This document shows, one piece after another, positions 9,132-20,490 of a DNA stretch of 64,000 nucleotides (position 1 is the stretch's first letter; the number at the start of each line of letters is the position of its first letter). The position numbers and the translations under genes are program-made. The notes beneath the pieces were generated by a model. It was not told where the DNA came from. It worked only from the letters and a program-made list of their open reading frames with translations, and made no database searches. The stretch lies in contig CAVUHW010000008.1 of the NCBI GenBank assembly GCA_963741205.1, forward strand, positions 128,001 through 192,000. Direction: 5' to 3'. Source of the DNA: Nitrospirota bacterium. Lineage in GTDB: Bacteria > Nitrospirota > UBA9217.

Positions 9132-9881
9132 TTGAACACTGTTGCTTCAAAAGAATTAAGGAGGCCGCTGCTGAACCTGATTCTTTTGCATCCTGAGGAC
9201 CTTACCGAGGCCACGGAACGCGTGCGGCTTACGGGTCGTCGTCTCAAGCACGTTCTCGAAGTGCACCGCGCTTCTGTCGGCGACGAGCTTTGCGTGGGAA
9301 TGCTGGGTGGTCGCATCGGCATCGGGAACGTCACTCTCCTGACTCAATCAGTCCTCGAGATGGAGGTGCGGTTCGGGCAGTCGCCGCCGCCTCCACTTCC
9401 GCTGACCCTTATTCTCGCCCTGCCGAGGCCGAAGGTGCTGAGACGGCTGCTCCGCTCTGCGAGCGCCCTGGGTGTGAAACGGATTATCCTGATCAACTCT
9501 TTTCGCGTGGAGAAGAGCTACTGGCAGACCCCGTTCCTGAATGACGAATCCGTGAAAGAGCAACTGGTCCTCGGCCTTGAGCAGGCGAAAGACACCGTCC
9601 TTCCCGAGGTCCGGCTCCGGCCGCTCTTCAAGCCGTTCGTGGAGGATGAGCTGCCCGGGCTCATCAAGGAAACGCTTCCCCTTGTCGCCCATCCCGCCGG
9701 CGCGGAACCCTGTCCGCGGGACATCAGGCGCAACGTGACCCTTGCCGTCGGTCCTGAAGGAGGTTTCATCCCTTACGAGATTGACAAACTCGTCTCTTGC
9801 GGGTTCATGCCGGTATCGCTGGGAGAACGCATTCTGAGCGTTGAAACGGCGGTGCCTGCCCTCATTGCCCGGCTCTTCTGA
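9132..9881 (+). CDS. rsmE: 16S rRNA m3U1498 methyltransferase (true start may be about 9171)
   Basis: HVLEVHR, LALPRPK, GLEQA, VGPEGGF, LGERILSVETA SPOUT motifs. Confidence 0.9.
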   Translation: MNTVASKELRRPLLNLILLHPEDLTEATERVRLTGRRLKHVLEVHRASVGDELCVGMLGGRIGIGNVTLLTQSVLEMEVRFGQSPPPPLPLTLILALPRPKVLRRLLRSASALGVKRIILINSFRVEKSYWQTPFLNDESVKEQLVLGLEQAKDTVLPEVRLRPLFKPFVEDELPGLIKETLPLVAHPAGAEPCPRDIRRNVTLAVGPEGGFIPYEIDKLVSCGFMPVSLGERILSVETAVPALIARLF

Positions 9882-9928
9882 TCAAAAAATCCGTGTACAT
9901 CCGTGTTCATCCGTGGCAAAATGAACTT

Positions 9929-10351
9929 ATGATCAAAATCACGAACAATATCTTCATTGACGAAAGCGAAATCCAACTCAACTTCGTCCGTGCTTCCGGC
10001 CCCGGCGGCCAGAACGTCAACAAGGTCGCCACGGCCGTGCAGCTCCGGTTCGATGTGGGGAATTCTCCATCTCTCCCCGGCGATGTGCGCACGCGTCTGA
10101 TACGACTGGCAGGAAGGCGTGTCACCCAGGACGGCATCCTGATCATCGAAGCGCGCCAGTTCCGCACTCAGGAGCGGAACCGTGAGGATGCGATAGATCG
10201 GCTTGCTGAGCTTATCCGCAGGGCCGCGGAGAGGCCGAAGCCGCGGAAGAAGACGAAACCCTCCAAAGCGTCGAAGGAGAGAAGGATTGAGGGCAAGAAG
10301 CGAAGGGGCGAGGTCAAGAAGATGCGCAGGGCTGCGCCGGGTCTTGAATAG
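9929..10351 (+). CDS. arfB: Alternative ribosome rescue peptidyl-tRNA hydrolase
   Basis: RASGPGGQNVNKV, RTQERNR, basic C-terminal tail. Confidence 0.95.
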   Translation: MIKITNNIFIDESEIQLNFVRASGPGGQNVNKVATAVQLRFDVGNSPSLPGDVRTRLIRLAGRRVTQDGILIIEARQFRTQERNREDAIDRLAELIRRAAERPKPRKKTKPSKASKERRIEGKKRRGEVKKMRRAAPGLE

Positions 10352-10558
10352 TATTACTCGCATGAAAACCGCAGCGAGTATTGTTACGCGGATAATGCGC
10401 AGATGCATTCCGCACGCTTTGATCGGCGAATCCATTTTTGATAATTGAACAATGGATTCCCAAAGAGGCATTCATGCTGCATTTCTACCTGCCGCATCTT
10501 AATCCGCTTTTCCTGAAGTAAATCGTGAGACGTTAATAAATGTGGTGTAGGGTATCTT

Positions 10559-11236
10559 ATGGCGAAACCGTGGCAGACACTCGATAAGGCGGAAACTCCG
10601 GACGGGGTGCTTGAACTGCGGAGGCGGGGAGAGAGGGACTTTTTGATCCTCATCAACAACCGTGTGCTCATGAACAGCAGCGCGAACAGGTCCGAGCTCG
10701 CGCTCGGTGAGCTGGCCTGCAAGGTTGTGGCGGCGCGCCCGGGTCCCCGAGTGCTCCTTGGCGGACTGGGCATGGGGCTCACCCTGCGGGCGGCGCTCGA
10801 TTCGTTGCCTCATACCGCGGAGATCGTCGTCTCCGAGCTGAACCCTGTTGTCGCTACCTGGTGCCGCGGTCCCCTGGCGGGGCTCACGAATAACGCAGTG
10901 GGTGACCCTCGCGTTATCATTATGATCGACAATGTTGCCGACATAATCGCGCAGTCGGCAGAGCAGGGCGTAAAAAAGTACGATGCAATCATCATAGACC
11001 TTTATGAAGGCCCGCATGCGGGAACGGACGCTGTCAATGATCCCTTCTACGGAAGCCGCGCCCTTACGAAGACAGCCGGGGCGCTTTCGGCAGGCGGTGT
11101 TTTCGCTGTCTGGGGAGAGGCCTCCGATGCGGCGTTCGAGAGGCGCCTTGCGGCGGCGGGATTTTCGGTTGACCGGCAAAGGCCGGGCAGAGGCGGGCTC
11201 AGGCATGTCGTGTACGTGGCGCAGAAACTGAAGTGA
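10559..11236 (+). CDS. Spermidine synthase-like SAM-dependent protein
   Basis: LMNS...SELAL, VLLGGLGMGLTL, YDAIIIDL. Confidence 0.8.
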   Translation: MAKPWQTLDKAETPDGVLELRRRGERDFLILINNRVLMNSSANRSELALGELACKVVAARPGPRVLLGGLGMGLTLRAALDSLPHTAEIVVSELNPVVATWCRGPLAGLTNNAVGDPRVIIMIDNVADIIAQSAEQGVKKYDAIIIDLYEGPHAGTDAVNDPFYGSRALTKTAGALSAGGVFAVWGEASDAAFERRLAAAGFSVDRQRPGRGGLRHVVYVAQKLK

Positions 11237-11255
11237 ACCTTTTTCGAGTGTTGTA

Positions 11256-11489
11256 CTACTTGCTTGATTTCAGCAATTCAATGATACGCGGAGTGCACCG
11301 CTTCCCTTTGCATGAACCGCCACCCGTGCCCGTGGCTTTTTTCAGTTCTTCGACCGTCCGTAAGCCTGCCTTGATGTGCTTGAGAAAGACGCTCTTCCTG
11401 ATGCCCTTGCATTGGCAGATCGGTTTGAGGCCGTCGATGATGTCCTGGTTCTTCGTCAAAGTAGATGATAACTCCTCTCGGCCCATCAT
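11256..11489 (-). CDS. BFD-like [2Fe-2S]-binding protein
   Basis: ICQC...TGTGGGSCKGKRC cysteine pattern. Confidence 0.8.
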   Translation of the reverse strand: MMGREELSSTLTKNQDIIDGLKPICQCKGIRKSVFLKHIKAGLRTVEELKKATGTGGGSCKGKRCTPRIIELLKSSK

Positions 11490-11642
11490 ACCATAACGTG
11501 CAGGTTATAGAAACGGTGTATCACTGCGCTGTTTTCGTGAACGTCGTCTTCCTGTTTTGCAATCGATGATTTCGGTTGCAATTCAGGGCCTCTCACGGTA
11601 CATTGTGCGGGCACAAATGGCGGCTGACAAGCGGGGTAATCC

Positions 11643-13531
11643 ATGGCATTGGTAAGTTTACAGGGTGTGAACGTCGGCTTCGGCGGTCCGCTTCTTCTTG
11701 AAGGGGTCGATCTTTCCATTGACCGGGGAGAGCGGGTCTGCCTCGTGGGCAGGAACGGCACGGGCAAGTCCACGATCCTGCGGCTTATCACCGGCGAGGT
11801 GAAGACCGACGCGGGAAAGATCGTGTTCCAGCAGGGCGTGCGCATCACGCTTCTGACCCAGGAGGTCCCCCAGGCGCTCGCGGGAAGCGTATTCGACGTG
11901 GTGTCCGGCGCGTTCGGCGAGCAGGGGAAACTTTTGGCCGCGTATCATCATGTGAGCGCACGGCTGGCCCATGACCACAGCGAGAAGCTGATGGCCGAGC
12001 TCGAGGACGTGCAGCACAGGTTCGAGGCGGCCGGCGGATGGCAGATGCAGCAGAAGGTTGAGGAGATCCTGACGAGGCTCAAGCTTCCGGAAGACGCCGA
12101 GTTCTCCGAACTTTCCGGCGGGCTCAAGCGCAGGGTCCTTTTGGCAAAGGCGCTGGCGGGCGAACCGGACCTCCTGCTCTTGGATGAGCCCACGAACCAT
12201 CTGGACATCGACGCCATTGCCTGGCTCGAGGAATTCCTGCTTTCTTTCGGCGGGACCCTGTTGTTCGTGACCCACGACCGCATGCTGCTCCAGAAGCTGG
12301 CAACGCGCATCGTGGACCTTGACCGCGGCAGGCTCACCAGCTGGCCCGGCAACTATCAGTCCTACCTGGCGCTGAAACAGGCGGCGCTCGATGCCGAGAG
12401 CATGGAGAACGCGAAGTTCGACAAGAAGCTTGCGTCGGAGGAGGTCTGGATCAGGCAGGGCGTCAAGGCCAGGAGGACGAGGAATGAAGGCCGCGTGCGC
12501 GCGCTCAAGGAGCTTCGGAGGATCCGGAGCGAGCGCCGCGAGGTCACGGGCGCTGCGCGCATGCAGACGCAGGAGGCGGAGCGCACCGGTAAGATCGTGA
12601 TCGAGGCGACGGATGTCTCGTACGCTTACAACAACGTTCCGGTCATCAGCGACTTTTCCACGACCATCCTCCGGGGCGACAAGATCGGCATCATCGGGCC
12701 GAACGGTTCGGGAAAAACCACGCTGCTCAAGATCCTGCTCGGAGAGCTCAAAGCGCAGAAGGGAACGATCAAGCACGGCACGAACCTGGAGGTTGCGTAC
12801 CTGGACCAGCACCGGGCCCAGCTCGACGACGAGAAGACCGTGCAGGACAATGTTGCGAACGGCAGCGACCACGTGACCGTGGACGGGAACCACAGGCACG
12901 TGATCGGCTATCTGCAGGACTTTCTGTTCGCCCCGGCCCGCGCGCGAAGCCCCGTGAAGGTCCTGTCCGGCGGAGAGCGGAACCGGCTCCTTCTGGCCAA
13001 GCTCTTTACCCAGCCCTCGAACGTGCTGGTGCTGGACGAGCCCACGAACGATCTGGACATCGAGACCCTCGACCTGCTCGAAGAGCTTCTCTCGGACTAC
13101 CGCGGCACCGTGCTGCTCGTGAGCCACGACCGCGCGTTCCTCAACGACGTGGTCACGAGCACGCTGGTGCTCGAAGGCGAAGGCAGGGTGAGCGAATACG
13201 TGGGCGGGTACGACGACTGGCTGCTCCAGAGCCGGAGGAGGACAGCGGAGACAGCGGTTACCGCAAAGCCGGAAGGTAAGAAGGAGCCGCCGCGGCCTCC
13301 AGAAGGAGAAACCTCGCAAGCTTACCTTCAAGGAACAGAAGGAGCTTGAGGCCCTGCCGAAGCGCCTGGCGGAGCTCGAAGCCGAACAGCAGCAGATCCA
13401 GAAGGACTTGGCAGACCCGGCCTTCTACCGGGAAAGCGGCAATAAGGTTTCGGGATACAAGGCGCGGCTTGAAGTGCTGGAGAAGGAGCTGTCGGAGGCG
13501 TACAAACGGTGGGAGGTGCTGGAGGCGTTAA
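11643..13531 (+). CDS. uup: ABC-F family ATPase Uup (frameshift near 13295)
   Basis: Two ABC domains (GRNGTGKS, LSGG, LLLDEPTNHLD; GPNGSGKT, LSGGE); C-terminal RKLTFKEQKELEALP coiled coil continues in another frame to 13531. Confidence 0.9.
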
Positions 13532-13691
13532 AGGAGTGATTATCAGCTGATGCCTTCCGTCCGGCTGTTTCGCCGGATTGTCGGTCAGATCATGAAACGC
13601 AGCATTGGACACACTTTTTCCGCTGACGCAGAACAAATCCGTTCATCCTCCGGCATTTGAGAAGTGCCATGACCTGCGTCCAGTCTCCAGG

Positions 13692-13865
13692 CTACTTGTC
13701 GTGAATTTTCTTACGCCATGAATCAAGGTAATCTTTGGTTACCTTTTCAATACCATGGTCTTTTTTCCCGTGTGCAGCGGCTTTTTTTAAAACGTCATCC
13801 ACCGTTTTGCCAGTCGCAACATAGTCACAGTCCACACCAAGGTCTTTGCATGCTAATGCCTTCAT
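13692..13865 (-). CDS. DUF1059 family small metal-binding protein
   Basis: MKALACKDLGVDCDY...AAHGKKDHG; RBS GGGAGG. Confidence 0.85.
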   Translation of the reverse strand: MKALACKDLGVDCDYVATGKTVDDVLKKAAAHGKKDHGIEKVTKDYLDSWRKKIHDK

Positions 13866-13919
13866 AATTTGCCTCCCTTGCGCCGTTTCCACGGCTCCCT
13901 GCATTACTCTGTCCCGCAC

Positions 13920-14765
13920 TCACTCCGCATACTTCTTCAGATACTCGATGGTCGCGGGCCAGGCTTGTTTCGATGCCTCGAGGTTTGCCCCTTCGCGGCC
14001 GTCCTGCGCGCGAAGGAAGCCATGCCCAGCGCCCTTGTAGGTGTGGGTAATAAAGGTTTTTTTCAGTTCCTTCATCTTCGCCTCGGCAGGCCCCACCGTG
14101 GCGTTGACGCGGGCGTCGTCCTCTCCGTAGAGCCCGAGCACCGGGGCATGGACCGTTTTCAAAGCCTCCAGGTCCGGGGACGTTCCGTAATACACAACCG
14201 CCGCCGCCAAGTCAGGCTGCGTCACTGCGTACTGAAAGCTTTGACTTCCGCCCCAGCAGAAGCCGATCGTGGCGAACTTGTTTTTCGCCGCGGGGAGTTT
14301 CGTGCCGTAGCGGGCCACGGCGTCCAGGATCGTTGCTACCTCCGATGAGGACAGGTCGCGCACGGCCTTGACCACGTCGTCCCTACCCGCAAACTTGTCC
14401 GTTCCTCCGCCCCCCGGGCCTCTCCCGGAAAGCATATCCGGGGCAATGGCGATAAATCCAGCCCCCGCGAGATTGTCGGCAACGGCGCGAATCCAGTCGG
14501 TGAGACCGTAGACCTCGTGGATGACGAGCACCACAGGCGCCTTGTCCTTGCGTTCAGGATAGGCAACGAATGCCGCGATCGGCGCGTTCTTCCCCGGGAC
14601 GGCGATGTCCACCCACTCATGGTGGCGCGGAGATTTATTCAGCGCTGCCTTTGCTTCAGCCTCACCCGGGGGGATCACCCCTGAATTGGCAGCAAAAGTA
14701 CTTGTGGGAATCGTTGTTCCGAGAATGCTCAAAAGAAACAGAAGAATGCCTAATTTTTCGTCCAT
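13920..14765 (-). CDS. Dienelactone hydrolase family protein, exported
   Basis: IHEVYGL, GFCWGG, YGEDD, GAGHGF catalytic triad motifs; signal peptide. Confidence 0.92.
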   Translation of the reverse strand: MDEKLGILLFLLSILGTTIPTSTFAANSGVIPPGEAEAKAALNKSPRHHEWVDIAVPGKNAPIAAFVAYPERKDKAPVVLVIHEVYGLTDWIRAVADNLAGAGFIAIAPDMLSGRGPGGGGTDKFAGRDDVVKAVRDLSSSEVATILDAVARYGTKLPAAKNKFATIGFCWGGSQSFQYAVTQPDLAAAVVYYGTSPDLEALKTVHAPVLGLYGEDDARVNATVGPAEAKMKELKKTFITHTYKGAGHGFLRAQDGREGANLEASKQAWPATIEYLKKYAE

Positions 14766-14900
14766 GGCAGTCTCTCCTTTCGTCTAAGAAAATTATACCT
14801 CTTAAGGAGGGGGGAGACTGAGCACGGGAGACCAATAATCCTGAGAAAACATTTGGACGCAGATAAAATCTTATAAGCGCGGATTAAAGCGGGTAGCCTG

Positions 14901-15060
14901 GAAAAAGCGCTTGGACGCGGATTTGCGCAGATGCACGCAGATATTCAAGAGCTTGAGTAAAAATCTCAAGTCGCCTTTTTGGTGAATACCAAATTGCAAT
15001 TATGTCTTTGGTTTATCAGCGGAAAACTGCGTTCATCTGCGTCCGATCGCCGTTTTCAAG
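14901..15060. repeat. Dispersed ~150-bp MITE/REP-like element, copy 1
   Basis: Inverted ends GGACGCGGATTTGCGCAG...CTGCGTTCATCTGCGTCC; homologous to 42877-43030 in reverse orientation. Confidence 0.8.
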
Positions 15061-15149
15061 ACAATGACTCTTGCATTTTTATTCGTGCGAGTTATAATGT
15101 GTGGGTATGATCGGCCCTTCGGGTCGGTCGGTTGTGGAGGATTGAATAC

Positions 15150-15467
15150 ATGAATATTTGGACTGTGGCGGCCCTGGTCGCCTTACTGAACATCCCTTTC
15201 GGCTACTGGAGGGGGAGCGTTGATAAATTATCCCGACAGTGGTTTCTTGCCGTGCATACACCGGTGCCATTTGTCATAGCACTTCGAATCCTTTCAGGCC
15301 TCGGCTTTCATCTGGCCACACTTCCCGTTATGATCGGGGCGTTCTTTATCGGACAGTTCATGGGGGGCAAGCTGAACGAATGGGCGAGGAACCACGCAAA
15401 AGCGCCGGTGACCGCCTGCCTCGTGATGGACGCAGTGTCCGGCATCAGGAGCGTCATTCCCCGATAA
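15150..15467 (+). CDS. Small membrane hypothetical protein
   Basis: RBS GGAGG; NIPFGYWR...[11 protein letters not shown] hydrophobic segments. Confidence 0.75.
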   Translation: MNIWTVAALVALLNIPFGYWRGSVDKLSRQWFLAVHTPVPFVIALRILSGLGFHLATLPVMIGAFFIGQFMGGKLNEWARNHAKAPVTACLVMDAVSGIRSVIPR

Positions 15468-15870
15468 TCTTCACCAGCACCCGCTTTTTCCTTCTCCCGT
15501 CGAATTCCCCGTAGAAGATCTGTTCCCACGGCCCGAAGTCGAGCTTGCCGTTCGTGATCGCGACCACCACTTCGCGGCCCATGACTGAGCGCTTCAGATG
15601 CGCGTCGGCGTTGTCCTCGCCGGTGTTGTGCCGGTACTGGGCGACGGGCTCGTGGGGCGCCAGCTTTTCGAGCCAGACCTCGAAGTCTCCCAGAAGACCG
15701 CGCTCGTCGTCGTTTACGAACACCGATGCCGTGATGTGCATTGCGTTCACGAGGCAGAGGCCCTCCCGGACCTCGCTCTTCTGCACGCACTCCTCGACAT
15801 CCCGCGTGATGTTCACGAAGCCCATGCGCGAGGGAATGTTGAACCAGAGTTCTTTGCGGAAGCTTTTCAT
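15454..15870 (-). CDS. yjbQ: YjbQ/UPF0047 family protein
   Basis: [38 protein letters not shown]. Confidence 0.92.
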   Translation of the reverse strand: MKSFRKELWFNIPSRMGFVNITRDVEECVQKSEVREGLCLVNAMHITASVFVNDDERGLLGDFEVWLEKLAPHEPVAQYRHNTGEDNADAHLKRSVMGREVVVAITNGKLDFGPWEQIFYGEFDGRRKKRVLVKIIGE

Positions 15871-15972
15871 ACCTTCACCTACGAGCTTGCACACGCGTTG
15901 ACTAAAATTAATGAAGAATACCGCATTATGTGTAACTGACTACATTGCAAGAAATCCCGAAGCTGCCCGATC

Positions 15973-16278
15973 TTATTGCGGGACGGCGAGATTATCGTTG
16001 TGATAATAATACGTATTCGCCACTCGGTGTTCGCCAGAGGCTGTCCATACAGGCATGCATTTCCGCAGTGATAGTTCCAGCATTATCTGATTCGTCGATG
16101 ATATGTACGCAGGATTGTAATGGAATATCGTCGCTGTTCCGTTAACGACCTTCTTCACCCGCTGGCCATTGCCGTTGTACGTGTAGCCGGCGATCATGGC
16201 TCCGTCCACTACTGGATCAAGCGCTGTTCTGGTTATAGGTGTAGACCCGAGAACTTTGCGTTGGACTGCTGTTACCAT
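15973..16278 (-). pseudogene. RHS-repeat remnant
   Basis: YTYNGNGQRVKKVVNGTATIFHY and YYYHND.L..P RHS-core motifs; no toxin tip or full core. Confidence 0.7.
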
Positions 16279-16892
16279 TCAAGACTTAACAGTGCGAGGA
16301 TTCCTGACCCTGCGATGATCAGGCCCGCGATCCTATTTACCCATTGCAACTCGTGATGCTCGAACCTTTTCTTAAAAATGCTGAAGACACCGACCAGAAA
16401 AAGCCACCAGATCGCCGAGCCGAGGAATACCCCGAGAACGAGTATTCCCGCAGATGTCACGCTCCCCCTTGTGCCTGCCAAGCCAAACCCGGCGAAGACC
16501 GCTGCAAAAGAAAAGATCGTCATAGGATTCGTGAGCGTAAGGAGGAACGTGGAAGTGTACATCCCGGCATATTTTCGCACCGATGAGGGAAGCTCACTAT
16601 CTTCTTTAGGTACCGAAATAAGCGTCTTCGTCCCCAGGAAACACAGAAACGTGCCACCGACAAGCCTGAGCCAGAACTGGTGGCCGATTAGAAAGTTCGA
16701 TACGAAAGTCAGGCCGAAGGCGGCGATGAAACCGTAGATGGCGTCGGCGGTGGCCGCTCCCATACCGGAGAAGAAACCCGCTCGCCTCCCGTGCGTCAGC
16801 GTGCGCCGTGCACAGAGCACGCCGATGGGACCGACGGGCGCGGCGATCACAAAGCCGAGAATAAGTCCTTTTAGAAAAATTATCGTTTCCAT
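16272..16892 (-). CDS. LysE family translocator
   Basis: IAAPVGPIG, GAATADAIY, LTLTNPMTI. Confidence 0.92.
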   Translation of the reverse strand: METIIFLKGLILGFVIAAPVGPIGVLCARRTLTHGRRAGFFSGMGAATADAIYGFIAAFGLTFVSNFLIGHQFWLRLVGGTFLCFLGTKTLISVPKEDSELPSSVRKYAGMYTSTFLLTLTNPMTIFSFAAVFAGFGLAGTRGSVTSAGILVLGVFLGSAIWWLFLVGVFSIFKKRFEHHELQWVNRIAGLIIAGSGILALLSLEW

Positions 16893-17546
16893 ACCGCTTT
16901 TATTGCGTTCTCTATTTTTCGCCGTTCACTGTCACGCGTACGACGAACGCGTACGAAGAACCTTAATCTCTGCTTCCGGAGATATTCGAGCGATCAAGTC
17001 AGTTAGTTTGAATAACGATGAGTTTGATTAGCGCTGGAGAATTGATAATCGTCCAATCATTCCTGCCGGTGAACTTATATAGCTTGTTTACGATTGTGAA
17101 ATAAGTTAATACAGCTAAATGAAATATACTGGCAATATTCTGTAACAATCTTTTCGTTTTCATCCATACGCATTGAAAAAGTATCACCAATAATACTACG
17201 TGAAGTCTACAATTTCAGAAAGAAGCGACTGTCGCGGACTTCAGGAAGAAAACGTCACTGCAGGCTACAATAGTTAATCTTCAAAAAATCAGATCAGAAG
17301 CTCCGCTGGGAGCACCTAACGCTTTGCAATGCCAGTTTATCGAATCAGACAACAATTACTGACTGAAGCATGAACGACAAAGTTAAGCTGCGGCGGCCCC
17401 CTCCCAGGACCTCAAATTCCGCGAAGCCGGGCGGCGGGCCACCTCTCTCTGCTTTTCCGCCTTTTTATGGCAGCGTTCAATATTGATCTTATTTCTTGTA
17501 ATTGCTACACAGCCACGAATACGGACGCGAAGTTATATCAGCTTTC

Positions 17547-18290
17547 TCACTTACTCATTTCGCTCACCAGGCTCTTGTCAATCAGCATGATCTCTATCCG
17601 GCGGTTCTTCTGGCGTCCTTCCGGTGTGTCGTTGGTAGACACGGGATCGTACTCAGCCCGTCCTGCCGCCACCATTCGCTCTGGCGGAACACCAACCTCC
17701 TGCAGGAAACGGACGACGTTCGCGGCCCGGGCAACTGACAGATCCCAGTTTGACGGGAAGGTGGCCCGCAGGGACTTGGCAACCGGCACATTGTCCGTAT
17801 GACCTACGACCCGTATGATCTTGTTCTCGTACCGCATCAGGGCATCGCCGACCTTCTTTAGTACGGCCTTGCCTTCCTTCCTCAGCGTCACCTTACCGGA
17901 ATCAAAGAATACTCGCGATGCCAGATCCACCGACAGCATGTTCTTATACTGATTCACCTGCAGCTCGCCCTTTTTAACTTCCTGCGCGAGGCCCTGCGTC
18001 AGTTCCTCGTACTCTTTCTGCGTCTGAAGATTGGACGCCGCCAGTGAGGCCTTTTCCGTCTCCAGCGATCCGACCTTCTGCTGGGCATCCGCGTTCTGCT
18101 GCTCCAAGGACCTAACCCGCTTTTTTAGATCCGCGTTCTCTTTCTCCGTCGAGGCTTTTTCCTGCTGCACAGCAGCGATCTCCCCATTTTTTGACGCTTC
18201 CATCTTTTCGAATGTGCCGGAGCTGACACAACCGCTCGCGATGAATCCCGCCGCGAGAACGGCAACGCTGAGGCGAAGATGCTTCATCAT
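17547..18290 (-). CDS. OmpA/MotB-domain lipoprotein with coiled coil
   Basis: Lipobox ASGC, VVGHTDN, NWDLSVARA, NRRIEI. Confidence 0.9.
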   Translation of the reverse strand: MMKHLRLSVAVLAAGFIASGCVSSGTFEKMEASKNGEIAAVQQEKASTEKENADLKKRVRSLEQQNADAQQKVGSLETEKASLAASNLQTQKEYEELTQGLAQEVKKGELQVNQYKNMLSVDLASRVFFDSGKVTLRKEGKAVLKKVGDALMRYENKIIRVVGHTDNVPVAKSLRATFPSNWDLSVARAANVVRFLQEVGVPPERMVAAGRAEYDPVSTNDTPEGRQKNRRIEIMLIDKSLVSEMSK

Positions 18291-18604
18291 ATGCAAGTCC
18301 TCCTTGTCCTTTCAATGATTATCATGGTTTGATCCACGACCCTCTCATAAACGGCAATTGAACCACAGATGTACACAGATAAGAGCTCAAGATCAAAGTC
18401 ATAGACGTTCCCAATCCTTTTCTCTCGAAGAGTTTAGCGTTATCGAGAACTACTTAGATAAAATCACATACCAGAAGAGTTGTCAATGTTTCGATAGGGC
18501 ATTTTAAGGGTAGGCACTATTGAATTCGGAATGAAAATTGATGAGTTGCCAGTTTAAGAAACTTCATGAGATTCAGGCAGGAGGTCGCGCCTGCTCTTCA
18601 CCGC

Positions 18605-18940
18605 CTACCAAATGAACGGCACGAGACGGTAACGCACCTTCTCACAGTACGCCGCATATCCGTTCAAGTTTGCAATGAGAAATTTTTCTTCCTCAAGTAA
18701 CCTGGCCGTAACAGCGATTATCAATAGTATGGGGAACGGGAGCGCCACCCACGACCCAAGCGCAAGCGGCGAAAAAAGAAGTAAAAGGCTGGCTCCCGCA
18801 TACATCGGGTGTCGAACCAAACTGTATGGCCCACTGTCTATTACCTTTTGCTCCTTCGAAACTTCAATGATTGCGCTTGCATAACTGTTTTCCCTGAAGG
18901 CCAGGAATACGACAATTAAGCCAAGTTCTACAAACCCATC
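18605..18940 (-). pseudogene. 5'-truncated isoprenylcysteine carboxyl methyltransferase family gene
   Basis: FRENSYA...GPYSLVRHPMYAG...EEEKFL...YRLVPFIW; N-terminal half absent. Confidence 0.75.
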
Positions 18941-18976
18941 GCAAGGGGATTTGAGCGTGATCCCTAAGGCACACCT

Positions 18977-19444
18977 CTAGCCGACTTTGCCGGGATGTTC
19001 GCGCCGGACCATCTGAATCACCTGGTCCAGTTTCTGCAAAAAGCTTGACCTGTCGCGTTTGGAGAAGGGTGCCGGACCCCCAGTGATCTCGCCGTTCCCA
19101 CGCAGCTCTGCAAGCAGGTTACGGGTTGCGACAGCATCTCCGATGTTTTCCTCGGTGAAGGCCTTCCCCGTTGGGTCGATTGCGTACGCACCTGCCTTGA
19201 TGCATCGGCTCGCTAGAAGAATATCAGCCGTGACCACGATGTCGTGGGGAGTGACATTAGCAACAATCCAGTTGTCGGCCTCATCTAGCCCATTGCCGAC
19301 GACTTGAAGTACGATTCCATCCTCTGTGGGCACGCGCATCCAAGAGTTGGTCACCAAGGTGACACCTATATGATACCTGGCTGCAACCCGGTAGACCTCT
19401 TGCTTCACAGGGCATGCGTCAGCATCTACGAAAACATTCAGCAA
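18977..19444 (-). CDS. yaiI: YaiI/YqxD family protein
   Basis: VDADACPVK, DEADNWI, VVTADILLA, TGGPAPF. Confidence 0.9.
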   Translation of the reverse strand: MLNVFVDADACPVKQEVYRVAARYHIGVTLVTNSWMRVPTEDGIVLQVVGNGLDEADNWIVANVTPHDIVVTADILLASRCIKAGAYAIDPTGKAFTEENIGDAVATRNLLAELRGNGEITGGPAPFSKRDRSSFLQKLDQVIQMVRREHPGKVG

Positions 19445-19842
19445 TCGATATCCTTGGTGACAAACTCAAAAGGAATCCAGTGAGGTTGCCTCTAACCAAT
19501 CCATCGTTCAATTGTTTTGATTCGGGAATTGGCTTTATTTTTTGATGACTGCGGTCAATACGCAAATAAAAAGAACTTTATTAACTGTCATCAATTTACC
19601 CTCTTGTATCTTTTGAAGCTTGTGAAATCTTATCTATTGTGCAGAATGAGAACTTCAGTATGTACCAGGCGCTGAAAGATTCAACCAATATTTTTCATTT
19701 CAATCTGGCGTTGGTACCTGTCACAGCCACCTACAAGTCTGCAGTGCCAATAATGTGACAGGGCAAAGAATTCCGGTTGTAATATGCACTTGGGTTAGTG
19801 GGGCCAAGCAAAGCTGTTTTTACAAATGCGCTTGAGACCCTG

Positions 19843-20394
19843 TCATACAGTTCCTGATCCCGATTCGAATCCGTGGTCGTCTCTACTCTGGAAAAAGAGA
19901 GCCCTTATTTTGTCCTCTCCTAGCACCCGCCCCAACTCCTTGACGGCGAAGAAAGGGAGAAGCGCCACGAATATGACCAGACTCCCGGCGAGCAATTCAT
20001 GGGATCCTTTTCCAAAATAGTCAACGAGACCTCCCATGAGACCCTTCCCCACCCAAAGACCCTTGATCACCTGCTCGATGAGAGTAAAGACACCAACAAA
20101 TAACGCGAAGACTACCGTCTTGTAAAGAGTAGGATAAATCAAAGGCTTCTGTTCAAGGCCGCGACCGAGGCGGAATACAGATCCTATCATGATGACTTTT
20201 GCAAGCACCAATGCTTCGATCACGGCTACTCCGTAATTCGTGTACTCGATATCATGGGCAGCCAGAAGGAATCTTCGGTACCACGTGAAAGCGGCGAACA
20301 CAAGGATGAGATAACAGACATTTAGCCAGTACTCGACCACTTCATGGAAGATTCTTTTCTTCCAGCTCCCCTTTTTCTTATCAGGGCTGTTCAT
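19843..20394 (-). CDS. Hypothetical multi-pass membrane protein
   Basis: RBS GGAGGAG; about four hydrophobic helices. Confidence 0.75.
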   Translation of the reverse strand: MNSPDKKKGSWKKRIFHEVVEYWLNVCYLILVFAAFTWYRRFLLAAHDIEYTNYGVAVIEALVLAKVIMIGSVFRLGRGLEQKPLIYPTLYKTVVFALFVGVFTLIEQVIKGLWVGKGLMGGLVDYFGKGSHELLAGSLVIFVALLPFFAVKELGRVLGEDKIRALFFQSRDDHGFESGSGTV

Positions 20395-20490
20395 AACCCG
20401 TGGCCCTCCTCCACACACCATTACCCCTTCTCAGATAATCAGTGGTACTTTTGAATCTGTCAGCATGAAAAACTTTCATCATCTCAACTC

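Noticed and set aside
11658-13331. Long antisense ORFs (also 22171-23541, 48990-50186, 53976-55304, 59953-61314)
   Set aside because: Shadow ORFs opposite well-supported genes, expected from high-GC codon bias.
13540-13600. GCTGATGCCTTC resembling a fluoride riboswitch 3' end
   Set aside because: The 5' GGCGATGG..TTCGCC part is missing, and it lies between convergent genes.
19543-19600. Tiny minus-strand ORF MTVNKVLFIC (ArsC-like start)
   Set aside because: Too short to support homology.
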